A DNA stretch of 64,000 nucleotides from an uncultured Acidobacteriota bacterium (GTDB taxonomy: Bacteria > Acidobacteriota > Vicinamibacteria > Fen-336), in assembly GCA_963720545.1 (NCBI GenBank), contig OY970399.1:3648001-3712000 (forward strand), read 5' to 3'. A model generated the notes under the pieces. It saw nothing but the letters and a program-made list of their open reading frames with translations. It searched no databases and was not told the origin of the DNA. The translations under genes were made by a program, and so were the position numbers. Each line of letters starts with the position of its first letter. Positions within the stretch are counted from its first letter, which is position 1. Shown here one piece after another: positions 16,563 through 25,918 of the stretch.

Positions 16563-17954
16563 ATGGCAACAACGACGGCAGAGCCGCAACGCGCCACGCT
16601 TCTGCGGGGGCTGTCGATGTGGGACGGCGCCCTCATCACCATCGGCTCCATCCTCGGCACCGGGATCTTCCTCACCACATCCGACATCGCCCGGGTCCTG
16701 CCGCATCCGGGGCTGCTCGTGCTGGTGTGGGCGGTGGGCGGGCTGCTGACGCTGGCGGGCGCTCTCAGCTACGCGGAGCTCGGCGCCATGTACCCGAAGG
16801 CCGGCGGGCAGTATCACTACCTGACGCATGCCTACGGCCCGCTGTGGGGGTTCCTGTTCGGATGGGCGTGCTTCCTCGTCATCATGTCGGGCGGCCTGGC
16901 GACGCTCGCGGTCGGCTTCGGCGAGTATCTCGGCTCGTTCATCCCGTTCTTCTCGACGCAGCACATCCTGTTGAGCCTGCCGCTCGGCTCCTGGAACTTC
17001 CAGATCAACGGCGGACAGCTCGCAGGTGCGCTGGCGATGGTGATGCTGTCGGCAATCAACTACTACGGCCTGCGCGAGAGCACCTTCTTCCAGAACGCCG
17101 TTACCTTGCTGAAGGTGGGCTCGCTCGCGGCGCTCGTCATCTTCGGCCTGTTCGCCTCGGCGCCGGTGACCCCCGATTACTTCGCGCCGCTGCCCGTCGG
17201 TCCGGGGCTGCTTACGGCCATCGGGGTCAGCATGATCTCGGTGCTCTGGACGTTCGACGGCTGGTACGGCATCACGGCACTCGCCGGCGAGATGCGCAAG
17301 CCAGAGCGCGACCTGCCGCGCAGCATCGTCCTCGGCACACTCGCCGTGACGGTCATCTACGTGCTCGTCAACATCGTCTACACGCGCGCCCTGCCGATCG
17401 CTCAGATGGCGGAGTCGCAGCGCATCGGCGAGGCGGCGGCATCGTCGCTGTTCGGCCTCGGCAGCGCGCGGCTCGTCTCGCTCGCGGTGCTCATCTCCAC
17501 CTTCGGCTGCATCTCCTCGACCATCCTTTACTGCACGCGCATCTACCTGGCGATGGCCGAGGACGGCCTGTTCTTCCGCAGGCTGGCGGTGATCCACCCG
17601 AAATACCGCACGCCCGGCGCCAGCATCGTCGCGCAGGGCGTGTGGGCCACCGTGCTCACTTTCTCCGGCAGCTACGCGCAGCTCTACACCTATGTGGTGT
17701 TCGCTTCGACCCTGTTCCTCACCGCCACCGGCGTCGCGGTGTTCGTGCTGCGCCGCACCCAGCCCGGCACACCCCGCCCGTATCGCTGCTGGGGCTACCC
17801 CTGGGTGCCGGCTCTCTTCGTCCTTTCGTCGGCGGTGCTCGGCGTCAACACGCTGCTCGAGAAGCCGATGGAGTCGTGGATGGGGCTGCTCCTCGTTGCC
17901 GCCGGCATCCCGGCATACCACTATTGGCGGAAGCGCTCGAGCACGGCCGCGTAG
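16563..17954 (+). CDS. APC family amino acid permease
   Basis: GSILGTGIF, YAELG..P.AGG.Y and FDGW motifs; about 12 TM segments. Confidence 0.95.
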   Translation: MATTTAEPQRATLLRGLSMWDGALITIGSILGTGIFLTTSDIARVLPHPGLLVLVWAVGGLLTLAGALSYAELGAMYPKAGGQYHYLTHAYGPLWGFLFGWACFLVIMSGGLATLAVGFGEYLGSFIPFFSTQHILLSLPLGSWNFQINGGQLAGALAMVMLSAINYYGLRESTFFQNAVTLLKVGSLAALVIFGLFASAPVTPDYFAPLPVGPGLLTAIGVSMISVLWTFDGWYGITALAGEMRKPERDLPRSIVLGTLAVTVIYVLVNIVYTRALPIAQMAESQRIGEAAASSLFGLGSARLVSLAVLISTFGCISSTILYCTRIYLAMAEDGLFFRRLAVIHPKYRTPGASIVAQGVWATVLTFSGSYAQLYTYVVFASTLFLTATGVAVFVLRRTQPGTPRPYRCWGYPWVPALFVLSSAVLGVNTLLEKPMESWMGLLLVAAGIPAYHYWRKRSSTAA

Positions 17955-18014
17955 TATTCTTGGCCGCCACCGCCGGTGGTGTCACGACGGACCATATGCC
18001 TTGAGGAGATCGGT

Positions 18015-18884
18015 GTGAAAACCATGTTGCGGCCAGCGGCCGCTTTCCTGATTGTTGCGGCTCTCGCCTTTGCCGCGTCGTGCGGTGACGACAAGAAGAG
18101 CCCCACCGGCTCCAGCGCCTCGCCCACACCGACGCCGACCCCGGTGCCGACGCCCACGCCGACTCCGACGCCGACGCCCGGCGCCGAGTTCGCTTGCGGT
18201 GCCACGATCGTGAGCGGCGGCGGCGGCTGCAGCGACGCCCACGGGCCGGTCTACTCGAAGGCGGTCGAGGATGCGATCGATTTTGCGATCGCCACCGGCA
18301 CCGGCACCGCCGGCAACAAGATCACGAGCACGGGCAAGTACGTGCTGGCAGTGCTCGGGCACCTCGAGGACGCCGGCTATTGCGTCGATTACGACGGTGA
18401 AGAACTGAACATCAAGCGCAACAACGATTTCCAGGAAAATTACGACATCGTGCTGGCGAGCGGCTTCATTCGCCGTGGCACGGGCTCCTTCCGCGTGCGC
18501 TGCACGCCTGCGCAGTTTCCGCTGCCCCAGGAGCCGATCTTCCCGGTGGGCGGCTGCCTCCCCGGCGCCAGCCGCGAAAAGGTCTGCGGGCGCGACGACG
18601 ACGGCGCCGTGATGCTCGATCCGATCGAGGCGGCGATCAACCATGCGCTCGCCCTGCGTCCCACGAACTACCGCGACCAGCACGTCATCGACGGCCACCT
18701 CTACCAGACCGATGTCGTCGATGCGCTGAAGGCGGCCGGCTTCTGCGCCAAGACCAACTTCGAGGAAGTGAGCGTCAAGCTGGACAACGAGTTCTCCGAG
18801 AACTACGACATCCTGCTCGCCAACAACACGCTGCGCCGCGGGCGCGGCGCCTATCGCGTTTCCTGCTGGCCAGCGGGCTTCTGA
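18015..18884 (+). CDS. Lipoprotein with PT linker and two repeated Cys-containing domains
   Basis: RBS GAGGAG then GTG; lipobox FAASC; PT repeat; duplicated AG(Y/F)C..EE..K..N.F.ENYDI.LA..RRG.G..RV.C.PA.F. Confidence 0.85.
   Translation: MKTMLRPAAAFLIVAALAFAASCGDDKKSPTGSSASPTPTPTPVPTPTPTPTPTPGAEFACGATIVSGGGGCSDAHGPVYSKAVEDAIDFAIATGTGTAGNKITSTGKYVLAVLGHLEDAGYCVDYDGEELNIKRNNDFQENYDIVLASGFIRRGTGSFRVRCTPAQFPLPQEPIFPVGGCLPGASREKVCGRDDDGAVMLDPIEAAINHALALRPTNYRDQHVIDGHLYQTDVVDALKAAGFCAKTNFEEVSVKLDNEFSENYDILLANNTLRRGRGAYRVSCWPAGF
18122..18179 (+). repeat. Hexamer repeat encoding a Pro-Thr linker
   Basis: Degenerate CCGACG repeats encoding PTPTPTPVPTPTPTPTPTP. Confidence 0.85.
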
Positions 18885-18887
18885 GGC

Positions 18888-20450
18888 GTGGCCGCGGAAC
18901 GCGTCACCTACGCGACGCTTGCCGCCGGCCAGACCGAAGACTTCGGCCGCCGCTACGATGAGGCGGCGGCTGCGGTGTTGGCGCAGCAAGGCGCAAGCCA
19001 CGGCCACGTCATCGACGGCCGCGAGGTTGCGGTCGCCGAAAGCCTGGACGACCGCAGCCCTTCCGACACACGCATCGTCCTCGGCAGTTTCGCGGTGGGC
19101 GACAAGAGCGCGGTGGATGCAGCGGTCGCTGCCGCACGCCGCGGGTTCGCGCCCTGGAGCGCAAGGCCGTGGGCGGAACGCTGCGCGGTGCTGCGCCGCG
19201 CCGCGGACCTGATCGACACGCGCGGCTTCGAGCTGTCTGCGCTCCTCAGCGTCGAGGTCGGCAAGAACCGGCTCGAGGCGATGGGCGACGTCACCGAAAC
19301 CGCCGACCTCATCCGCTACTACTGCGACCAGGTCGAGGCGAACCAGGGCTTCGCCCGTCCGATGGGGCAATTCACGCCGCAGGAGAAGACCTTCTCGGTG
19401 CTGCGGCCGTACGGGGTCTTCGGCATCATCGCTCCCTTCAATTTCCCGGCTGCCCTCCTCGGCGGGCCGGCGTCGGGCGCGCTCGTCGCTGGCAACACCG
19501 TGGTGCTGAAGCCGAGCGCCGAGGCGCCGCTCGCAGGGCTTCGCTTCTATTCGATCTTCCGCGAGGCGGGCGTGCCCGGCGACGCGCTGCAGCTGGTGTT
19601 CGGGCCCGGCGCAACCGGTGCCCTTCTCGCCAACCATCCGGGCCTCGACGGCTTGCTCTTCACCGGCTCGAAGGAAGTGGGACTGCCGCTCCTCGCGCAC
19701 TTCAGCCGCGACTACCCGAAGCCCTGCATCGTCGAGATGGGCGGCAAGAACCCGGCGATCGTCATGCCGAGCGCCGACCTCGACGCCGCGAGCGACGGGG
19801 TGATGCGTTCCGCGTTCGGGCTGCAGGGGCAGAAGTGCAGCGCTTGTTCGCGCGTCTACGTGCACCGTGAAGTCGAAGCAGAGTTCACGAAGCGGCTGGT
19901 CGAGAAGACGGCAAAGCTCACCATCGGCGACCCGGCGCGCAGCGCTTCGTTTCTCGGACCGGTGATCCACAGCCGCGCCGTGGACACCTATGCGCGCGCC
20001 GCAGACGAGGCGCGGCGCGACGGCAAGGTGCTCGCCGGCGGCGAAGTATTGCGCGACGGCGACAAGGCGCACGGCCATTTCGTCGCGCCGACGATCGTCG
20101 CCGGCCTGCCCAAGGAACATCGCCTCTTCCGCGACGAGCTGTTCGTGCCGTTCGTGGCGATTGCGCCCGTGAGCTCGCTGGGCGAAGCGATCGACCTTGC
20201 GAACCGCACCGAGTACGGTCTGACCGCCGGCTTTTTTAGCGCGCAGCAGCAGGAAATCGACACCTTCCTCGAGCGCATCGAGGCCGGAGTCGTCTACATC
20301 AACCGCCGCGCCGGCGCCACCACCGGCGCCTGGCCGGGAGTGCAGCCGTTCGGCGGCTGGAAGGCGAGCGGCTCGTCGGGCAAGGCTTCGGGCGGGCTCT
20401 ACTACGTTCAGCAATTCATGCGGGAACAAAGCCGGACCATCGTCGAGTAG
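18888..20450 (+). CDS. Aldehyde dehydrogenase (P5C-dehydrogenase-like)
   Basis: PFNFP, FTGS, EMGGKNP, GQKCSA and QPFGG motifs. Confidence 0.94.
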   Translation: MAAERVTYATLAAGQTEDFGRRYDEAAAAVLAQQGASHGHVIDGREVAVAESLDDRSPSDTRIVLGSFAVGDKSAVDAAVAAARRGFAPWSARPWAERCAVLRRAADLIDTRGFELSALLSVEVGKNRLEAMGDVTETADLIRYYCDQVEANQGFARPMGQFTPQEKTFSVLRPYGVFGIIAPFNFPAALLGGPASGALVAGNTVVLKPSAEAPLAGLRFYSIFREAGVPGDALQLVFGPGATGALLANHPGLDGLLFTGSKEVGLPLLAHFSRDYPKPCIVEMGGKNPAIVMPSADLDAASDGVMRSAFGLQGQKCSACSRVYVHREVEAEFTKRLVEKTAKLTIGDPARSASFLGPVIHSRAVDTYARAADEARRDGKVLAGGEVLRDGDKAHGHFVAPTIVAGLPKEHRLFRDELFVPFVAIAPVSSLGEAIDLANRTEYGLTAGFFSAQQQEIDTFLERIEAGVVYINRRAGATTGAWPGVQPFGGWKASGSSGKASGGLYYVQQFMREQSRTIVE

Positions 20451-20456
20451 CACAGC

Positions 20457-21770
20457 ATGGCCTCGGTGTTTCCGCGCGTCTTCGGACGGGAGCTGCCACG
20501 GATCGTCCGCGGCGAGGGGGCGCTGCTCTTCGATTCGGACGGCAAGCGCTACATCGACGGCTCCGGTGGCGCCGTGGTGGTGAACATAGGCCACGGGCGG
20601 CGCGAGGTGGCCGAGGCGATGGCGCGGCAGGCGAGCGCCGTCGCGTACGTGCACGGCACGCAGTTTTCGACGGCGGTGCTCGACAGCTACGCGGAGCGGC
20701 TCGCGGCGTATGCGCCCGGCGGCGCGCGCCGGCTCTATCCGGTTTCGGGCGGCTCCGAGGCGAACGAGACGGCAATCAAGCTGGCACGCGCGTACCACGT
20801 GGCGCGCGGCGAGGACGCGCGCAGCAAGGTGGTGCGCCGCTCGATCTCGTACCACGGCAACACCGTCGCGACGCTCTCGGCGTCGGGGCGCGACGCGCTG
20901 CGCGCGCCCTACAAGCCGCTGCTTGGCCCGACCGTCTCGACGCCCGCGCCTTTCTGCTATCACTGCCCGCTGTCCTTGACCTTTCCCGGCTGCGGCATCG
21001 CCTGCGAAACCGAGTTCGAGCGCATCGTCTTGCGCGAAGGGCCGGGCACGATCGCCGCTTACATCGCAGAGCCGGTCATCGGTGCCTCGGCTGGCGCCGC
21101 GGTGCCGCCAGACGAGTACAACCGCCGCGCGCGCGAAACCTGCCGGCGGCACGGCATCGTCTACATCGACGACGAGGTGATGACGGGGTTCGGCCGCACC
21201 GGCCGCTTTTTCGCGGCCGAGTGGTCGGGTCTCGAGCCCGACATCGTCACCTGCGGCAAGGGCATGGCGGGCGGGTACGTCGCGGCCGGCGGCGTGCTCG
21301 CGAGCGAAGCGATCGTTGCTGCGGTCAAGGACGCGGGCGGCTTCGTCCACGGCTTCACCTTCTCGCACAACCCGGTGATGGCTGCCGCGGCCAGCGCGAC
21401 CCTCGACATCCTCGAGCGCGAGGGGCTCGTCGCCCGCGCCGAGGAGATGGGCGAACGGCTCGCCGCGCGCCTCGAGACGCTGCGCCGCCACGAGGTCGTC
21501 GGCGACCTGCGCGGCCGCGGCCTGCTGCGCGGCATCGAGCTGGTCGCCGAGCGCGCCGGTGCCGTGCCATTCCCGCGGGCGCGCAAGCTGGTGGAGGAAG
21601 TGCAGCGCAAGGCGTTCGCGCGCGGGCTCGTCACCTACAGCGGAACCGGCGTCGCCAACGGCTGCGACGGCGACGCCTTGCTGCTGGCGCCGCCGTTCGT
21701 CATCGCCGAATCCGAGCTGGACGAAGCCGTCGCGATCCTGGATGACGTTCTCGAGGAGGTCCGACCATGA
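20457..21770 (+). CDS. Class III aminotransferase
   Basis: SGGSEANE, SYHG, DEVMTGFGRTG, GKG and HGFTF motifs. Confidence 0.94.
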   Translation: MASVFPRVFGRELPRIVRGEGALLFDSDGKRYIDGSGGAVVVNIGHGRREVAEAMARQASAVAYVHGTQFSTAVLDSYAERLAAYAPGGARRLYPVSGGSEANETAIKLARAYHVARGEDARSKVVRRSISYHGNTVATLSASGRDALRAPYKPLLGPTVSTPAPFCYHCPLSLTFPGCGIACETEFERIVLREGPGTIAAYIAEPVIGASAGAAVPPDEYNRRARETCRRHGIVYIDDEVMTGFGRTGRFFAAEWSGLEPDIVTCGKGMAGGYVAAGGVLASEAIVAAVKDAGGFVHGFTFSHNPVMAAAASATLDILEREGLVARAEEMGERLAARLETLRRHEVVGDLRGRGLLRGIELVAERAGAVPFPRARKLVEEVQRKAFARGLVTYSGTGVANGCDGDALLLAPPFVIAESELDEAVAILDDVLEEVRP

Positions 21771-23123
21771 CGACGCCGACGCCGACGCCGCAGAGGAACT
21801 ACCCGCGCATCAAGACGCCGCCGCCAGGGCCAAAGGCGCGTTCGGTGATCGAGCGCGACGACGCGGTGATGTCGCAGAATTACGCCAAGGACTATCCTCT
21901 GGTCGCCGAAAAGGCGTACGGCCAGGTGGTGGAAGACACCGACGGCAACCTGTATCTCGACTTCGCCGCGGGCATCGCGGTGTGCTCCACCGGCCACTGC
22001 CACCCGGAAGTGGTGCAGGCGATCAAGGACCAGGCGGAGAAGTTCCTGCACCTCTGCGCCACCGACTTCTTCTACGAGAACGTGGTGACGCTCGCCGAGG
22101 GACTCGCCCGGCACGCGCCCGGCAAGGGACCGTGGCGCGTGTTCTTCGCGAACTCGGGCGCCGAGGTGGTCGAGGGCGCGATCAAGCTCGCGCGCCTCAA
22201 GACCGGCCGGCAGAAGATCGTCGCGTTCTACGGCGCCTTCCACGGCCGCACCTTCGGCGCCATGAGCCTCACCGCGAGCAAGCCGGTGCAGCGCCGCGGT
22301 TACGGGCCGTTCGTCCCGGAGATCGTGCACACGCACTACGCGAACTGCTATCGCTGCCCGGTGAACCGCGATCCGCGCACCTGCCAGGTCCAGTGCCTCG
22401 ACCTGCTCACCGAGACCATGTTCCACACCACCATCGACCCGAAAGAAGTGGCGGCGGTGATCGTCGAGCCGGTACAGGGCGAAGGCGGCTACATCGTGCC
22501 GCATCCGCAGTTCCTGGCGAAGCTGCGCGCCATCACCCGCGAGCACGGCATCCTGCTGATCGCCGACGAAGTGCAGTCGGGCATGGGCCGCACCGGCACG
22601 ATGTACGCGTGCGAGCATTTCGGCCTCGAGCCCGGACATCCTGATCCTCGCCAAGGGCATCGCGTCCGGCCTGCCGCTCGGCGCAATCCTCGCGAAGGAC
22701 GACGTGATGCAATGGTCGAACGGCGGCCACGGCTCCACCTTCGGCGGCAACCCGGTGGCGGTGGCGGCGGCGCTCGCGACCCTGCGGCTCCTCGAAGGCG
22801 GGCTCATTGCGAATGCCGCGCGCGTCGGCGCGCACCTGCAGAAGCGGCTGCGTGAAGTGCTCGGCGAGCATCCGCGCGTCGGCGACATCCGCGGCCTTGG
22901 GCTGATGGTGGGCGTCGACCTCGTCAAGGACCGCGGCTCGCGCGAGACCGACCACGACCTGCGTGAAGCGACGCAGCAGGAGGCTTACAAGCGCGGCTTG
23001 CTCACGCTCGGCTGCGGCCCCAGCACCATCCGCCTCGCGCCGCCGCTCATCATCGACGAAGTGGACGCCGACATCGCCGTGGCGCTGCTGCGCGAGAGCC
23101 TCGACGCCGCGCTCGCACGCTAG
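21767..23123 (+). CDS. Class III aminotransferase (GabT/ArgD-like), frameshift at ~22634
   Basis: NSGAE, FHGRT, EPVQGEGG and DEVQSGMGRTG motifs. Continues as DILILAKG..HGSTFGGNP in another frame. Confidence 0.9.
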
Positions 23124-23148
23124 ACGGGGCCGGGCGCTACGGCGCCGT

Positions 23149-24552
23149 CTAGTCGATCGGCACCGTGACGTAGCGCAGCACCGAGTCGCGCTCGACCTGC
23201 AGCACCACGGTGCGGCGGCCCCTGGCCTTCTCGAGGGCGGCGCGCAGCGCATCGAGACCGAGCACCAGGCCGCCGTCGAGCGAATAGATGGCGTCGCCCG
23301 GCTGCAGAGCGTCGCGCCACGGCGGACGGTCGCGCGCCGCGGCGGCCACGATCACACCGCCGCGTGCCCGCAGCGTCGGCAGCAGCGGCGCAACCCGCGG
23401 GTCGGCGAGATCGAGCGCCAGGATGCCGAGCGGCTCGACGACGTTCCGCTCCTGGCTCACCAGGTCCGCGAGGCGTGACGGGTCGCCGGCCCGCTCTTTT
23501 ACGAGCACCGGCACCGTGAGGCGCTCGCTGCCGCGCTCGATCGCCAGGGCCACCAGCGCGCCGGCCGGCCGCTGGTAGAGGTTGACGTTGAACTGCCGGG
23601 CGTTCTCCATCGGCTTGCCGTCGATCGAGAGCACCACGTCGCCGAGCTGCAGGCCGGCGCGCTGCGCGGGCCCGTCGGGGAAGACGTCGGTGATCATCAC
23701 GCCCCAGTTGCGATAAAGCGACAGTCCGGCGGCGAGCTCCGAGGTGATCGTCTGCGCGCGCGCGCCGATGTCGCCGCGGCGCACCCGGCCGTTCTGGCGG
23801 ATCTGCTCGAACACCGTCTTGACGATGTTCGCGGGCGCCGCGAAACCGATGCCCTCGCTGCCGCCCGACTGCGAGTAGATGAGGGTGTTGATCCCGACCA
23901 GGCGGCCGTCGAGGTCGAGGAGCGGACCGCCGCTGTTGCCGGGGTTGATGCTTGCGTCCGTCTGCACGTAGATCATCGGGCTCTCGGGCTCGAGCTGGCG
24001 CGCGACGGCGCTGACGACGCCGACGCTCACCGAACCCTCGAGGCCGAGCGGCGAACCGAACGCGGCCACGAACTGCCCGGGGCGCAGCGCTTCGGAGTCG
24101 CCGAACGCGACCGCGGGCAGCCCCTTCTCGGGAATCTTCAGCACCGCGATGTCGGTCTCGCGGTCGACGCCGACGACAGTGGCGCTGTAGGTGCGGCCGA
24201 GGCTCTTCAGCACCGAGCGGTTGCCCTCCGGCGGCCCCAGCGAGGGCGGCAACACCACTTCGATGCGCTGCGCGCCGTCGACCACGTGCAGGTTGGTGAC
24301 CAGATATCCCTCGGGATCGACGACCACGCCGGAGCCGCCACTCTCCTGCCGTGCGAGCAGCGGACCGGTCGGTACGGGCGCGTAGCCGGCGACCACGATG
24401 AGCGCCACCGAGGGCCGCACGGTCTCGGCCAGCAGCTGCACGTCGTCGCTCAAGCCGCGCAGCACCGACGAACGCTTTACAGGCGGAGGCGCACTCGCCG
24501 GTGTGCGCGGCGCGGCGTCAAGCAGCAGCAGGGTGATGAGGGCGGTGAACAC
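23149..24552 (-). CDS. HtrA-like trypsin serine protease with PDZ domains
   Basis: GSGVVV, TNLHV, TDIAV and QTDASINPGNSGG motifs. Confidence 0.93.
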   Translation of the reverse strand: MFTALITLLLLDAAPRTPASAPPPVKRSSVLRGLSDDVQLLAETVRPSVALIVVAGYAPVPTGPLLARQESGGSGVVVDPEGYLVTNLHVVDGAQRIEVVLPPSLGPPEGNRSVLKSLGRTYSATVVGVDRETDIAVLKIPEKGLPAVAFGDSEALRPGQFVAAFGSPLGLEGSVSVGVVSAVARQLEPESPMIYVQTDASINPGNSGGPLLDLDGRLVGINTLIYSQSGGSEGIGFAAPANIVKTVFEQIRQNGRVRRGDIGARAQTITSELAAGLSLYRNWGVMITDVFPDGPAQRAGLQLGDVVLSIDGKPMENARQFNVNLYQRPAGALVALAIERGSERLTVPVLVKERAGDPSRLADLVSQERNVVEPLGILALDLADPRVAPLLPTLRARGGVIVAAAARDRPPWRDALQPGDAIYSLDGGLVLGLDALRAALEKARGRRTVVLQVERDSVLRYVTVPID

Positions 24553-24599
24553 GGGTCACGCTAGCTTACGCCGGGGCCGCGGCGGCCGGCCACAGCGCC

Positions 24600-24821
24600 T
24601 CAGGGGGAACGACGCGGGTAGTTGCTGTCGATCCAGGCGCGCACTTCGCGCTCCACCGCATCCTCGTCGGCGCCGCGAATTTCCTGCTTCGCAGTCATTT
24701 CCGCCGTGCCCGGAACCACCACGTAGACGACACCGTGCACGACGCCGCGTTCGCCGCGATAGATGTACGCCTGGATCTCGGCGGCCGGCCGGACGAACTT
24801 GAGGAGGCGGCCGGTCTTCAC
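24600..24821 (-). CDS. Small hypothetical protein
   Basis: GTG start overlaps the stop of the SGNH gene (GTGA). 73 aa with protein-like composition. Confidence 0.6.
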   Translation of the reverse strand: MKTGRLLKFVRPAAEIQAYIYRGERGVVHGVVYVVVPGTAEMTAKQEIRGADEDAVEREVRAWIDSNYPRRSP

Positions 24822-25915
24822 CGGCCGCGGGCCGTCCCGCCGGGCGGCGAGAACAGGCCGAGGCGCGCGAACATGTTGGCGGCGCTCGGCGCCGGCGTGT
24901 TCCGCGGGTTGGTGATGGCGCGGAACCACACGTCCGCCATCAAGCCGTAACCCTTGTCGTTCGGGTGCACGTGGTCGTAGAAGAGACTGCGCAGGTCGGG
25001 GTCGGCAAGGAACGCCGGCTCCATGTCGGCGAGGATGGCGCCCTCGCGCTCGGCCAGGGCGCGGATTTCCTCGTCCATGCCGTGCACCCAGTCCTGGCGC
25101 GACTGCGGCACGCGCGCGTCGAAGTTTACGTTCACCGGGATGATGGTGGCGAGCACCGGAATCGTCTGCCGCCCCTTGGCTGTCTGGATGATCGCGGTCA
25201 GGCTCGGGATGGTGAAGCACGGCGGCCCGACCACCCGGCAGTCGCGGTCGTTCCAGTCGTTGGTGCCGTAGTGTATGAGCGCGTAGGCAGGCCGCTCACG
25301 GTTCAGCGAGAAGTCGATGCGTCCCACGCCCGAGTTGCTCTTGGAACCGTCCACGCCGCGGCTCACGACTTCGTGTTCGCCGCCCCAGAAGAAATTGAGC
25401 CGGTCCTCGAGCTTCGCGCGATAGCCGAGGCCGTCGCTCGAGCCGTCCCGGCCGATGGTGATGCTGTCGCCGTAGCCCATGTAACGGTTGGGGCTGTTGT
25501 CGCCGATCGGCAAGGTGATCGGCACCGGCACCGGCACGTCGCTCGTCGGCGGGACCACCACGGGCACGGGTGCGCCGGGCACGAAGCCGGGGGGCAGCGT
25601 CTCGACGTCGGCGATGAAGTTCTGGGTGCCCGCCAGGTTGCCGGTCACCTGGGTGATGCCGCCGGCGATCGTCACGCCCGAAGCCGAACCGGAGACGATC
25701 TTGACGCCCGGGACGCGGATGAACTCGTCGCCGTCCAGCGTCCCGTTGCCGTTTTCGTCATAGAAGACGAGCGCGTTGACCGTGTAGGTGGGCGGCGGGG
25801 GCGGGGTCGGGACGGTGGGCGCGCCGCCTCCGCTGGAGCATGCGGGCAGCAGGAGGAGCGAGGAGACGGCGAGGGCGCGAGCGCTGTACGCGGACACGAC
25901 GCAGGACGATAACAC
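24818..25915 (-). CDS. SGNH/GDSL hydrolase lipoprotein with N-terminal SdrD-B-like domain
   Basis: Lipobox LPAC; YDENGNG.LDGDE loop; GDSIT, GTND and DHVHP motifs. Start uncertain. Confidence 0.88.
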   Translation of the reverse strand: MLSSCVVSAYSARALAVSSLLLLPACSSGGGAPTVPTPPPPPTYTVNALVFYDENGNGTLDGDEFIRVPGVKIVSGSASGVTIAGGITQVTGNLAGTQNFIADVETLPPGFVPGAPVPVVVPPTSDVPVPVPITLPIGDNSPNRYMGYGDSITIGRDGSSDGLGYRAKLEDRLNFFWGGEHEVVSRGVDGSKSNSGVGRIDFSLNRERPAYALIHYGTNDWNDRDCRVVGPPCFTIPSLTAIIQTAKGRQTIPVLATIIPVNVNFDARVPQSRQDWVHGMDEEIRALAEREGAILADMEPAFLADPDLRSLFYDHVHPNDKGYGLMADVWFRAITNPRNTPAPSAANMFARLGLFSPPGGTARGR

Positions 25916-25918
25916 AGC

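Noticed and set aside
18122..18179. Non-coding tandem repeat or CRISPR-like array
   Set aside because: It encodes a Pro-Thr linker. I saw no repeat-spacer array or cas gene anywhere in the window.
17982..21491. 1169-aa minus-strand ORF (likewise 30648-33689, 39922-42657, 49301-51652 and others)
   Set aside because: Antisense shadows of well-supported genes, expected at high GC, with no recognisable motifs.
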